64,000 nt of DNA, taken from Bugula neritina. Its lineage: Eukaryota; Animalia; Bryozoa. Numbering within the stretch: position 1 is the stretch's first letter; each line of letters starts with the position of its first letter. This document shows, in pieces, positions 11,630-24,248 of the stretch. The stretch lies in assembly GCA_964035545.1 (NCBI GenBank), contig OZ037765.1:21513504-21577503 (forward strand). Reading direction: 5' to 3'. The position numbers and the translations under genes were made by a program. The notes beneath the pieces are model-generated. The model did not search any database, was not told where the DNA came from, and was given only the letters and a program-made list of their open reading frames with translations.

Positions 11630-14250
11630 TAAAAATCACTAGATACATCAATGGTCCTGGTGAATCCATTATATTAACTATTCTAATTTCTCCTCGAGTA
11701 AGCTTTGATCTTGTCACATATTACAGACCACGTAGTGAATCCCATCTTATGATACTTTCTAAAATTCTTAATGATAACAACTCCAAATGCCCTTTGGTGC
11801 TTGTAGGTGATTTTAACCTGGCAGACATTGATTGAACTGATGGTCAGGGTAGAGTTAGTAAATCTTCCAGAAAACCATATTTTTACAGGGAAGCTTCAGA
11901 TCTTTTTAAATGTTCCAACTTAGTACAACTTGTGCAAGGTCCCACCCATAAGAAAGGCAATACTCTGGACCTGTTCCTTGTTGAATCTGTTCTTTTTTAT
12001 TCTTTGGATATCGAGTGCAAGGTCTTACCAGGAATCTCAGACCATGACATGATCTTAGCAGAGATTCACACACTGCACCCAAATACTAAAAATATCCAAA
12101 ATATCCCTGACAATGGCAAAGTAAAGTACAGTTTTAAAAAAGCAAATTTTGAGGAAATTAACCGTCTTTTTTCTGATCTCTTCCTACAGCTTACTGACAA
12201 GGATTGTCCTGTTAGAATTAAATGGTAACGTTTTAGAGACATGACTCTGCACTCATTAGAAAATTTTGTACTCTCTCTGCTCTCACGACCCAAAGGCAGG
12301 CCTTGGATGACACGAGAATTGCTGCGCTCCATCAGGAGAAGGGATCGTGCCTACCAGGCCTTTAGGCAGTACCCTACTAAAAGAAACTTATTATATTTAG
12401 AACGCCTTAAAAAGGCAGTCAAAGCAGAAGTTGATACAACAAAAAGAAATTTCATAGAGTGCCATATCACAAATGAATTACAAAATGGTAACACCCAACC
12501 TCTTTACAACTTTATTAGCAAATCCCGAGGACAGTCAAACCATCTTGGCTGCTTGGAAAATATCTTGCCAAAAAGAATTCCTGACTCATTAGCAGATTTT
12601 TTCTCCTCCGTGTTTAACAACAACACTCACCCCATACCAGACTTTGCATTACAAGTACCACCATTACGGGTCATGCCCATGTTAAACATAACAATAGAAG
12701 GGCTGACCAATCTTATCAAGAAACTAGACATCTGAAAGGCCAGTGGACCAGATGAAATATCTTCGTACTGTATCAAAGAATTTAGTAAAAATGTACCAAA
12801 ATTTCTTTCATGTCTCACTTTAGTTATGCAGGCCAGTTTAGATCACAATAGTGTACCACGAGACTGGAAAACAGCCAATGTAATCCCCATATTTAGAAGT
12901 GGAAGACGAGATCTGCCAAAAAATTATAGACCTATTAGCCTCACATCAATAACATCAAAGTTGATTGAACATATTATTGCTAGTTTTATGTGGCAACACA
13001 TAGGTAACTACAACCTTGTCAATAATAACCAACACGGCTTTCGAAAAAAGCTCAGTACCACCACACAATTGCTTGATGTTGTCCACCATACGGCTAAAGC
13101 ACTAGCCGAGCACAAAGCATACCATCTTATATCTTTTGATTTTGCAAAGGCCTTTGACAAGGTCCCACACAAACTTCTAATTTACACAAGATTAAAGCCT
13201 ATAAGTTTGATGTGAATGTAGTGAAATGGATTGAACAGTGGCTATCAAATAGAACATCTATGGTTCTGGTTAACGGTAAGAAGTCCCACCAATTTGCCGT
13301 TACATCAGGTGTGCCTCAGGGCTCAGTTTTAGCGCCTCTTCTTTTTTTGTTATTTATAAATGACATGCCACTCTGTGTAAATGATTCATATTGTCGACTA
13401 TATGCTGATGATATTTTGTTAGGTATGGACATAACAGAATGTGGACCATCCAAACTCCAAGAAAGTGTAACAGCGTTGTATGACTGGTCTATTAAATGGG
13501 GCATGAGTTTTAACCCAAACAAATGTATGCATATGGCCATAAGAAAAAATCTTCCCAGTTTTAGGCTTTTTATGAATGGTGTCGCCATACTCCAAACCTG
13601 CGGTTTAAAATACTTGAGTGTATACATTCAAAGTGACTTCAAATGGCATAAACATGCAATGAACACTGTTAAAAAGGGAAACAAATTGTTAGCAATGATA
13701 GGAAGATGCCTGTTTAGCGCTAATACCAAGACAAAAATGATAGCCTTTAATACGGTTATCCGACCAGTTCTTGAGTATGCTAGTCAGGTATGGTCACCCT
13801 ACATTAAAACATTAATAGACAAGGTGGAAACAGTTCAGAGACGGGCTGTTAAGTGGGCGTACAGACTCGGTCCTGTAGAGAGTTTTTCAGAGTGCATGAT
13901 AAAAAACAATATAGAACAACTTAAAGAAAGAAGACAACACCTATATTTGAACTTTCTAAAAAGAATTGAGTTTGGTTTATATGAAGTACAGCTTATTGAT
14001 TATATTTCTTTTAATACTTCATATTTAACACGTCGAGGAACACTCAACCCACATTTTGGTCTAGACCAATTTAAGTTTTCTTTTTACAACAGAATAAAAC
14101 CCATACTTGAAGGGCAAGATCCCGATTCACTAATGTAGCCAAAAAATTTTCTCTCCCTGTACCATTAAATCGGTCATGCCTGTTTGCTGATTTTAGTATG
14201 AAACCTATATGCATATCCACTTAATGCCCTAGGGCGTATTGGATTAATCT
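11630..14250 (+). mobile_element. 5'-truncated CR1/L2-group LINE (APE endonuclease + reverse transcriptase), inactivated
   Basis: APE motifs VGDFN, PTH..GNTLDL, SDH; RT motifs YRPISLTS, NQHGFR, DFAKAFDKV, SGVPQGSVLAP, YADD, RPVLEYASQVWSP. Collinear ORFs are broken by stops at 11833, 12226 and 12733 and a frameshift near 13185; the 3' end has a GCCCTAGGGC palindrome (14226-14235) followed by a CA/TA tail. Confidence 0.93.
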
Positions 14251-14289
14251 GTACACACACATATATATATAGATATATATATATATATA
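14251..14289. repeat. (CA)n(TA)n tail at the LINE 3' end
   Basis: Directly visible. Confidence 0.85.
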
Positions 14290-15434
14290 CTGCCACTAGC
14301 TCTAAAGTCTAAGGCGTTATTAATTAATTAATAAGTATTTTACGTATTAAATTTGTATAAAAACGCCTATCACTCGACCAGAGTTTATTTGATTAATCAT
14401 TGATGTGTTTTGCAAATGCAGGAATGCAGGTTTAAGTATTATTTTATCATTTACCATTATCATTAAATAAAAATTAAAAACTAAATCAATGCTAATTAAA
14501 TTATGTTTATTTATTTGAGTAGTTGATAAGCGATTAATAAGTTTGTGGCGGAACTTGGCCTAAATCTGCCAAAACTGGTGAACATAGTTGAGTTGTGTGT
14601 TGGTTTGAAACAGCATTTATTGGCTGCACTTTCATTTGAATTCATTACAGCATGTAGATAACTAAATATGATTTTATCATCAGTTTTTGTAGCATTTTTT
14701 CAGGTTCTTAGCTAATAGTAGCTAAACAACAAAATTGATACAGTTTTCTTTTTGTTTTGAGGCTTAAGTTTTTGAATGTGGAGCTAGTCTACACTTGCTG
14801 CGAGATACCTATACATTGTATGCATTTTTGAGATTAGCATTAAATCAGTTGAGTTCTTCAAGTCAGGCTTATTATTTAGGGAAGCCTGATTTTTAGTTTG
14901 AATTATAAGTACTCAGTCTGCAAAAATTTATTTCAGTTTTGGCTTACATCGCTTGAAAATTAACTAATAAGATTTTCTTGTTAAATACGGCCAGTGTTAA
15001 GTTCTGTGAGATTCAGCAAACTGTCACAAGGTGTGCAGTGGTATATTTTACTTTTTATTTAAAGTTTGGCAGTAATAACTTTAGAGTCTTCTATTGGTAT
15101 TTAGTGCCTAGGCTGTATTATGTCATATACTATGACAATTGCTAGCAAAAAATTATTAAAATATTTTTTCACAAGTTCTAACAGTAGTTGATAATTTCAA
15201 CGTTGAATTATGACTTGAATAGCTCTCAATAAATATTTTGTCAAATAAAAATGTAACTTGATATATTACCTGTTACATGCTGGCCATAAATGTTGTGTGC
15301 TGATTATTAAGTTGTTGATCTACAAATTAATTACTGTATTGTTAAAGCATTTATAATAACTATCAAATTTAAATTCATCACTCTCATAGTATGTGTACTT
15401 TGAACTTTTTTTCTCTTTTGGCAATAGAAGAGTG

Positions 15435-16908
15435 ATGGCTTCATTGAAAGATGATAGTATCAACTTTGACAAACTTGAAAATGAAGTTGATGAAGCGATG
15501 AAAGCTGAAAACCTTTACTGGCTACAAAATGATGCTAAATTTAGAGCAGTTAAGCAAAAAGGAACTTATGAAGAATTCAAGTATATATATGCTACTGACT
15601 ATGTTGTTTGTAAAACTTTATATTTACTAAAACACAATAATGTTTTTGTTAAAGTTCAAATTAAGAAAACAATTTAATATGTGCAAAAATAATACAGTAT
15701 TGAAATATAATTTTTTGTTTTGAAATTTTATGTCATAATATCTTAAAATACAGATAATCTTCTGCCATGATGCAAACTTCTAGACTATATAGTTACTTTA
15801 TATGTAGGTGCAAAAATGTGTCATATAAAAATTTAAAGCTTAACAATGCTCTTGATGCAAATTGGTAGCAGTACTAGTTTATATGCTTCAACAGTAAGGT
15901 GTACTTAGCATGAACGTATTTGGCAGATCAGCTGATCTGGCTTTTCTTTTGTAATTTTTTTAAATTACATATTTCAAAGTATTCTGTCATTTACCAGCAT
16001 GGCAGACATTATTAATCAGCTATTGCTTGTATTGCTTTAATTAATTATTAAAAATTATTGTACATTTTATAGAGAAATAGTAGCAGCTGCACACCTGAAA
16101 CCTCTTGCAAAGAATGATAAAATTCAATTAGAAGAAAAGATTGTCAGTCCATGGAACTCACTCAGTAGCAACTCAAAATCTGCTGTTGGTGCTGAAACAA
16201 AAGACTCACATTCTTCTGTTAGTGTTTTTCTCTTCTGTATTTGCTTTTTCTAACCTTACAGTTGCTTTGCCAATAAGCAATAAATTTTACGTAATGTTGC
16301 AGTGTGTCGAAACTCCCAAGCCTTGATAAGACATTCAAATCTGTTTATATAAAAGTGCATGAGCTAGTCTGTGGAGAACGTAGTGTAGGTTTGTGTGCAT
16401 GTAGCATTATTTTAATTTGTCATACATAGTTAGATATAATTATAATGGTTTTAGTTGCATGCATGCATTTTATATAACATAAAGGCTAACAATTTAGATT
16501 TGTTAGTCTCCAATCTCTTTCTACTGATGCTTGTAGGATTTTACTATTCCAGTCTCATCTCAGGCTTTCGTCTTGTTTTGGAGGAAACAACAATCTCACA
16601 AAGATAAGGCAAGCTATCTGCGTAAACTCCTAGAGACCGGTGGACCTGGGGCTATTTTAACGGTTTTTAAAAATGAAATACCTTTTGGATTGTTAGGAGA
16701 ATTTTTTATCAGTGTATCTTCAGAAAAAGAACAGATTGACTCTAAAATATTAGAGATGTTGCTGACAACCTTAGCTCAAACTGGTCGATTTAACCTTTCT
16801 CTCTCTTTCTTAAGTTCATCAGAAAAAGACTGTTTGAAAGAGATTGTCACTTATTTAGAAAAACTTTCTGTTGACTCTGCTGCCCTGAAAGAATTGTATG
16901 ACATGTAA
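15435..16908 (+). CDS. CCDC103: Coiled-coil domain-containing protein 103 / dynein axonemal assembly factor 19 (~220 aa)
   Basis: Exons 15435-15580, 16073-16217, 16537-16908 (663 nt). The N-terminus INFDKLENEV...NDAKFRAVKQKGTYEEFKEIVAAAHLKPL matches the Dynein_attach_N motif; the C-terminus FKNEIPFGLLGEF...LAQTGRFNLSLSFLSSSEK...L.ELY matches RPAP3_C. Confidence 0.92.
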
Positions 16909-17644
16909 TATTATTAACTAGTGATGCTAGCTAAGGGCATTAAAGTCATTTTATTTTTGGTTCAACCTTCTTATTCAAGTATACAATATCAATGTGTAAG
17001 TAGGTTGGTCAATTATTTGCCACCCAATTTAATTATAACTTACATGTAACTAAGTTGCATCAACTACAACATCATATTAAATAGTTTCGAACATTGTTAT
17101 TTATTGTATAGCTCTAATATGTCTGTAAACCAGCTAGTTTTTATTTATTGTTTTTGGTGAAATCATATATATATATTTATGTTAAGTTTATATTATAATG
17201 TTTAGTATTAAAATGATATCTGTGTAATTACTAAAAGTTGATCATTGAATTTCTATTATATATTGTGGACCACTCTAGTAAGCAGAATAGGATTTAAACT
17301 GTAAAGATGTCTCAACAATTTATCTCAGTTTTGAATCAAAGTGTTATAGAAGTTTATATATGGTGTGCATAGCTGTTATTTAATAAACAGTGCAACTTTA
17401 TTTCCATTACGACTTACGAGTATTATAGCGGACACATATTAGTAATATTACACATTATTATTAATATTACAGTAATATAGCTGACACATACAGGGCAGAT
17501 TAGTATCTGCTGATGCAATAATCTGCACACCCGGCAAGATTAATCTGGAGCATTAGTCGATTCAATATAAACATCAGCATAAAGATAAATATCAGCAGTG
17601 GTTAAGCTTGTTTTATTGAAATCTTTGTAAGAAATGGTATGACT

Positions 17645-18539
17645 TTAGTTTAAGTTAACATTATACACTGAGTTAGACATATAAAACTGCATATCCATTG
17701 CTGTTACAGTCAGTGGAATCTGCCCATTAATAGATGTCAGACAAAACCCTGTAAAATATATTGAAAGGTGAGCAATGAAAATTCTACACAATGCTGCAGA
17801 CATGTTATAGAAAGATAAATAATATATAAGTTATAGTCAGTGCAAAAATTTATCTGCCATTTGCCTTTGCCACTGGTTTCCATTGCTTCGCATAATTCTA
17901 TTGGATTTTTCATTCAATGTTTGGAAAAAGTTTCATTGAATAGAATCAATTAAGTTCATGCAAACAGCAACCACAAATCCATCCTTACAGCAATGGCTAA
18001 TTTTGTCTGTAATAAATATTATAAAACACATGAGCAACACTCTAAGTGCTTATGAGCTACTATACCGTATAGAAATGACATGCAATGATTACCTTCATCT
18101 CCATATTTTAGAGGGTCAAAACTTTCTCCAGTATCAGTCCTTGTATACAATTTAAACTGGCCCAGAGCTGGTTTTATGCAAACTTGAAACTTTTTGTCGC
18201 TGTTCTCAGAAGTAAACAAAACATTTGCCTCTCCTTTGGGATAATTCCAATAAATTTGTCCTGCTGCACAACTTTTTATAGAAATCTTTGCAGTTGAGGC
18301 GACTCTGAAAATGAACAATGTATGACACATAATAATAATATTATGTATACTCAAGTCATACAGGATAAATGTGTAGACCGCAGCACAGTAAAGAATGCAT
18401 AGGCTGCATATAGAAACTTTTAATAGTATGAGACAAGTTTAAATATTGTTTTATGATTATAAATGATGTTGTAAATAAGTAGGTTGCTAGCAGCAAATAA
18501 TATTTATAGCCTAAACTCACAGCCACAACCACCCACACG

Positions 18540-18574
<35 letters not shown>

Positions 18575-18709
18575 CAAATTAGTTGACTTTCGCCAGGTTA
18601 CTTACTCTTGCTGGTTGACATATGCTGTACATTCATCATTGAAGAATAATCCTTCATTGTATCTTAGAAGCATTACAAAAAGACATCCTAATAAGAAAAT
18701 TCTTTCCAT
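17645..18709 (-). CDS. Small secreted meteorin-N-domain-like protein, copy A (139 aa, 3 exons)
   Basis: Exons 18709-18606, 18304-18093, 17748-17645 splice in frame: MERIFLLGCLFVMLLRYNEG-LFFNDECTAYVNQQEVASTAKISIKSCAAGQIYWNYPKGEANVLFTSENSDKKFQVCIKPALGQFKLYTRTDTGESFDPLKYGDEGFCLTSINGQIPLTVTAMDMQFYMSNSVYNVNLN*. Hydrophobic leader, 4 mature Cys, and C-x2-G-x3-W-x-YP-x-G and C-I-K-P motifs as in METRN/METRNL; supported by the adjacent paralog. Confidence 0.8.
18537..18573. repeat. (CA)n microsatellite
   Basis: Directly visible. Confidence 0.95.
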
Positions 18710-19494
18710 ACTTACGCTGCTCAAAAAGTTATGTATTAAGTTGAAAAATGTTGCTGTATAAAATATACCTGGCTACTTTACTAACTTCAGTTATAGGGAC
18801 ATTATATTATATTATATGAACTATTCTATGTTTAGTGTGGTTATCAGTGTGAGAGAAACCATCAGCTACATGGTACTTTTTGAGCTGACCGTGGCACCAG
18901 TTAAGTACAGTTATAATCATTACGTATAACTGTTTTAGTGGTGTTGAGGAATAACTTCCACATGTACTATAATCTAACAATGTTAGTGTAGGTATAATGG
19001 CATTCCAATCAAAGGCAGGATCAGGCTGCTAAATCCCTCTTTCTAAGACTTCACACCAGAAAGCCTATTAAAATTTGTTATGAGCACTTTTACTAATAAA
19101 AATAGCTTATTTCTCTATTTTATTTTATAGAGCCAAGTTATTATTCAAACTGGTAAATTACAGCAGCTAGCAGCTCCAACTGTAAGATCTACTATGCAAG
19201 TTTATGTAAAACAGAAAGTAGCAGTTAGATTACAACATTACATATTAATTGCTGATTTTTCAGTGCATGTGGATTGTAGCAGACAATAAACATAAGGTAA
19301 ATATAGTTATGTAGGAGTTTAAAAAGCAACACATGTTACAGTTTTTTTATGATGCAGGAATTAATTTTTATTTTTTAATATAAATGCTATGCTGCATTTT
19401 TAGCAGTAAAATACAATTGTTGAGCAGCATTAAAAGTTCAAAAAGTTAATAATACCAATCAATCAGAGCAGAGCTCAGTATTTTTATTATAAGG

Positions 19495-20364
19495 CTAGAG
19501 AATAAAAATGGTGTATCCAGTGTTAGCCACACTCAGTTGTGTATCTACAGGAGTTATCTCTAGAGGTATTTGTCCTGTCACAGACTCCAAACAGAAATCT
19601 GTAAAATTAACATCGAGGACTGTTGCATATAACTTATTATCACAGTTAGAACTGCTAACATACTGTAGTTTTTCAGTCTCTTTTGTGTAATAAACAGACT
19701 TTGTAAAACTGTAACTGCATTTAAGATATGCAGAACTCAATCCGGTACCAAATTTCTATACAATGTACCAACTCCTGTCTGCATGGCAAAAATATCATGT
19801 CCATTCGAAAAGTAAGAAAAGAAAACTATGTATAATATGAATTATAATCACTCAGCTAAATTATATTGGCAAAGTTGGTAGCAAACAAACTTGGACCCTC
19901 ACATACTTTTTATAATTCTACTCTGCTTATATTCACTATTGTTTGCTATAAAACAAACAACTCAGGAATAATATTTTGACAAGAAGGATACTAATTTTAA
20001 GTAATTCCTGGCCCATCTAAAAAGTGGTTGCAGCCATACAATATTTGTGTGCATCCAGGCATGTTCAGAAGTCTTACAAATTGCTTATTCAATATAGCAT
20101 GGGAAAGTTGCTTTAATTTCAAGTTTTGAAAGTCTGAAGGTGTGAGCTTATTATTACAGACGTTACAACCTTGTATTTTTCTGATTCAGTTTAATTTGAA
20201 CGTCTTAAAAAAGCAAAAAATGTACAATAATAGCCAAACCTTACTGCATTTGGTATTTTATAAAAAGCTCAAAGTTTTTCATGACTTAGAAGTGATATCA
20301 CTTTAGATAATTGTAGGTCACAGCAATTTACAAATCATGCAGCACATATCATAGCTATAAAAAT

Positions 20365-20437
<73 letters not shown>

Positions 20438-21137
20438 GTGTGTGTTTACAAGCTAGGGTTTGTGTCTCTATAAAAACATGCAGCTTCTTACAGGCACATT
20501 TTCACTGAATAAATGCATCCATATATTTAAAATTTGCATATTGTTTATTCTATATACAAAATTCCACCACAACTGTCAAAAATCTGAAGAATTTTAGTAT
20601 TTTAGAGGCTTGAGAAGCCCTGTTCTAGTTCCCTGCTGCTCAAACTCAATTATGTTACATTGTTAATAATCACCTTCATTGTCGTACTCTGCAGGGTTGA
20701 AGCTTTCTCCTGTATCTGATCTCCTGTACAACTTGAACTGATCCGATGCAGGTGCTATGCAAACTCTAAACTTATTCGTAGGGTCATCAGAGGTGAAAAA
20801 TATTTTTCCAACTCCAGCTGGATTGTTCCAGTAAATCCTCCCTGTGATGCATTTGTTAACATCTATTTCTGCTGAAGTTTTTCCTTTAATCTGAAAGTAG
20901 CTGCAAGCAAAATAACCTCATCATCTAGCATAGATTATTTTGATTTTTCATAAAATTATTTATATTGTAGAACAGTCCAAGAAGTGACAACTAGTGTATT
21001 ACATATTTAAACATTGTTTTCAACAATATCTCAAATACTTACTATTCATCAATAAAAGCAGTGCATTCATTCAAGAATAATCCATTACAAGTTTGTAGTA
21101 AAATTAGTACAACTGAAAATAAGAGACTGAAAAGCAT
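19495..21137 (-). pseudogene. Meteorin-N-domain-like protein, copy B (tandem paralog; exon1/exon2 junction out of frame by 1 nt)
   Basis: Exons 21137-21043 (MLFSLLFSVVLILLQTCNGLFLNECTAFIDE), 20890-20674 (IKGKTSAEIDVNKCITGRIYWNNPAGVGKIFFTSDDPTNKFRVCIAPASDQFKLYRRSDTGESFNPAEYDNE) and 19598-19495 (DFCLESVTGQIPLEITPVDTQLSVANTGYTIFIL*). Same exon layout as copy A, but the total is 416 nt and the junction creates TAA. May be a true pseudogene or a 1-base assembly error. Confidence 0.7.
20365..20445. repeat. (TA)n(TG)n compound microsatellite
   Basis: Directly visible. Confidence 0.95.
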
Positions 21138-21659
21138 TTTCACTTAATTGCTATTTGGAATGAACATTTAAAGCGAAACTAATACGATAGAAAGCATGTG
21201 ATGGTCTTTGATGAGTTTCTTATCAAAGTTATATCAACATGAGAAAGAACAACTGGTTTATAATTTTAATAGAAGGTTTTTATTCTACCAACAAGAGGAC
21301 ATCATTTTTCAATGAAATATAAAAATAAAAGCTTGAAATTGAGTTTATAAATAGACATTATATAGCATGATAATAACTGTTACATGCATATTATTATACA
21401 ACAAGACATTATGAACAGTACTGCAACAAGAGATTTTTATCATATAATATTTACATTATTATGTTACTACGTGTAACATTAGAAGAGATGACAAATTAAC
21501 AACAATTATCATATTATATGTAAACTAAAAAAATAGTTCAACACAAATAAATTAAACAATTTACAAGACATTCAATATTTTAAAATTTCAATCTTGAACC
21601 AGCGGAACGCTCAGTAATCTGGGAGACATGAAGGCAGCTGCTGCTGGAAACTGATTTCT

Positions 21660-24172
21660 TCATTTTTTCTAAAGGTAAAAAATAATTGTAAAGTAAAAAG
21701 TAACGTAGACTATTCATACAGAAAAAAAAACAAATAGCTTTTTCTTTCACAAAATCCTAGCACAGTGCATGTTATGCGTGTTGAGTGCACATGTCAAAAA
21801 ATAGATGCAACTTGCAATGCAACAAACATAGAAGAGTATATATTTATGGAACTCTTAACTACACACTTACATTAATCAAACTCTTAACTACACACTTACA
21901 TTAATCATTTTAACATTTTGTAAAGTATGTACTTCAAATAATACTAAAAGAATAACGAATTAAACACAGAATTCACAATTCTGGAACAATATACTCATCA
22001 TATTTTCTTACAAATGAATCCAATTTTTGTCTTTTGGATGATGACAATTCTCGATCTTGATGAGCTACAGGTCGTTTCTTATTTCGATGTTCCGGAAAAG
22101 ACGGCATTAGCTCAGGCAAACAAGCTGATAAAATATAAGCAAGTTTTGAGTATATAATCTAAACAGCAAGGAACTGTACCTTACAAATGTGCAGCATTAT
22201 ACAATTCATATAGAATATACATACGCAGTGGGCCTTCTTTAAAGTATGAACTCTCAAGACAATCAGCAGCTGTAGCTCTTTTAACAGGATTGTATGTAAA
22301 AAGAAAATTTAGCAAACGAATGCAGGAGTCGCTGGCCCATGGAAATGTCTGTTTTAAATTATTATACCTACAAAAGACATGAAGAAAATATTCATCGCAG
22401 GTAAATTTGACAAGTCACAGTTTAGCAACAGCCAGATTGGTTTCTAGCCAATTATTTTAGTGAATGTTACGTCTCGCATAGTGGAATGAGCACAGCATAT
22501 AAAAATGAACAATTTGAAAATGAATGCTAACATGTTACAGATTCCACTCAACTCACGGTTGTTTTTTCAAGGAGTAGTTTTTCATTCCAGGAAGGTCTTC
22601 AAATCCCTGCAATTATTATTAAAAGCAACTTGGTATGTCCGTGAGCAAAGCATTCAAGACAAATCTTGCGTTGAATAGGTCACTTAGCAAGTCCTAACTG
22701 CAGGTGTACACCAAATCGGTAGTGAATATTAGCACACCAAATTATTATTTGTAATGCAGATATTATGGGAGTCTACAATCTCTTAGCTATACAGATATGA
22801 TTGATGAAGAGAGTTGGTGCTAGAAGTGCAGACTGAGTAGTCAGCTAAAATCAAGCCATCTTAAAACTTGGTTAAACTATTTTTTTCATAAGTTAATAAT
22901 AATTCATTATGATAACTTGCAACTCAATTATATATAAATTAAAATAGCTATACTTATAAGGTTAGTAAAAATAACTTCTATGAGCCACCAATTTGATGCC
23001 AAATTATTTTATTGTAAAGATAAAAAATTGAAGTTGCCAGTTTGTTTATTTAAATTACTAGTCGTTAAATTGAGCATGCGAGTTGTTGATAAGTTACTAG
23101 GTTGTCTGAACGAGTACAAAAAAATTATGCAAGAATCGAGCTCTGCATTGAAAAATGTTTTTCCATGTTTGCATGCATACAATGGTCACTGGTATTTCAT
23201 TCGTATAATTCGAAAAGCACATAACCAATACACTAGTAAAAGACTCACTGGCCAAATAGAGTTGGTGGGAGACCCAAACATATCTACTATGAGGTCTATT
23301 TGGTGGAGCTCTGATTTACCAGGCAGTAATGGACGGTTGAGTAGTAATTCAGCAAGTATACACCCAGCAGACCTAAAATGTGAACAGAATGTACCAGTTC
23401 TGTTTAAATAATATACCCTCAGTCTAAATTAGAAGCTACCCAAGTCTACTTTGTTATGCTACTAAAGCAAGGCACAGCAAAATAATTTTCTTCTGTGTAA
23501 TTTTATATAACTCTACTAACTTTGGAAGCCGACATATATTATTGCACTATTTCTGATTATTATACAATGTAAATGTTACAGAACTCTTTACCAAAATACT
23601 TATAAGTAAAAAATAATTAATTTCCATTTAAACAAAAAATTAAAAAAATAGTTGTCTAAAAATTATTTTGTGTATCTAAGAAGCCTGAGTAAAGCTCTGG
23701 CCACACGATCGTGAGAATGACACGAAACTCGTGTGACGATTATTCGTGAGTTATCTTTTCGTATTGACCAGCCACATGATCGTTTAAACGAAAAGCCATT
23801 ATGCCGAGATTGGTACTACAAGTTTATATAAGTTATAAAGGAAAAATTTTGCCATTTTTGTTATTTTTTTGGTATTTTATGTGTACATTTTTTTAGTTTT
23901 GTTTATTGGTAAAGTTTTTAAAAACATTTTATATATATATAAAATTAAAAAAAATTAAAACTCACTCATGCACGTAAATACAAAGCTATAAAGTTTAAGC
24001 TTCGCTGTGATTACCATGTGAATATGAATTGAATAATGCTTGCAATAGCTATTTTACGCAAAATACTTTACAGTTGCTATAAATGTAAGACTAGTAAATT
24101 GGATGCAAATAGGCATAGTAATACTACTTAATTTATGCTATTTTTGAAATTTGTAGTAATTATTTGGCGTGC

Positions 24173-24248
<76 letters not shown>

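Noticed and set aside
22980-23411. 143-aa plus-strand ORF
   Set aside because: Antisense to a CDK10 exon plus AT-rich intron; no recognisable domain.
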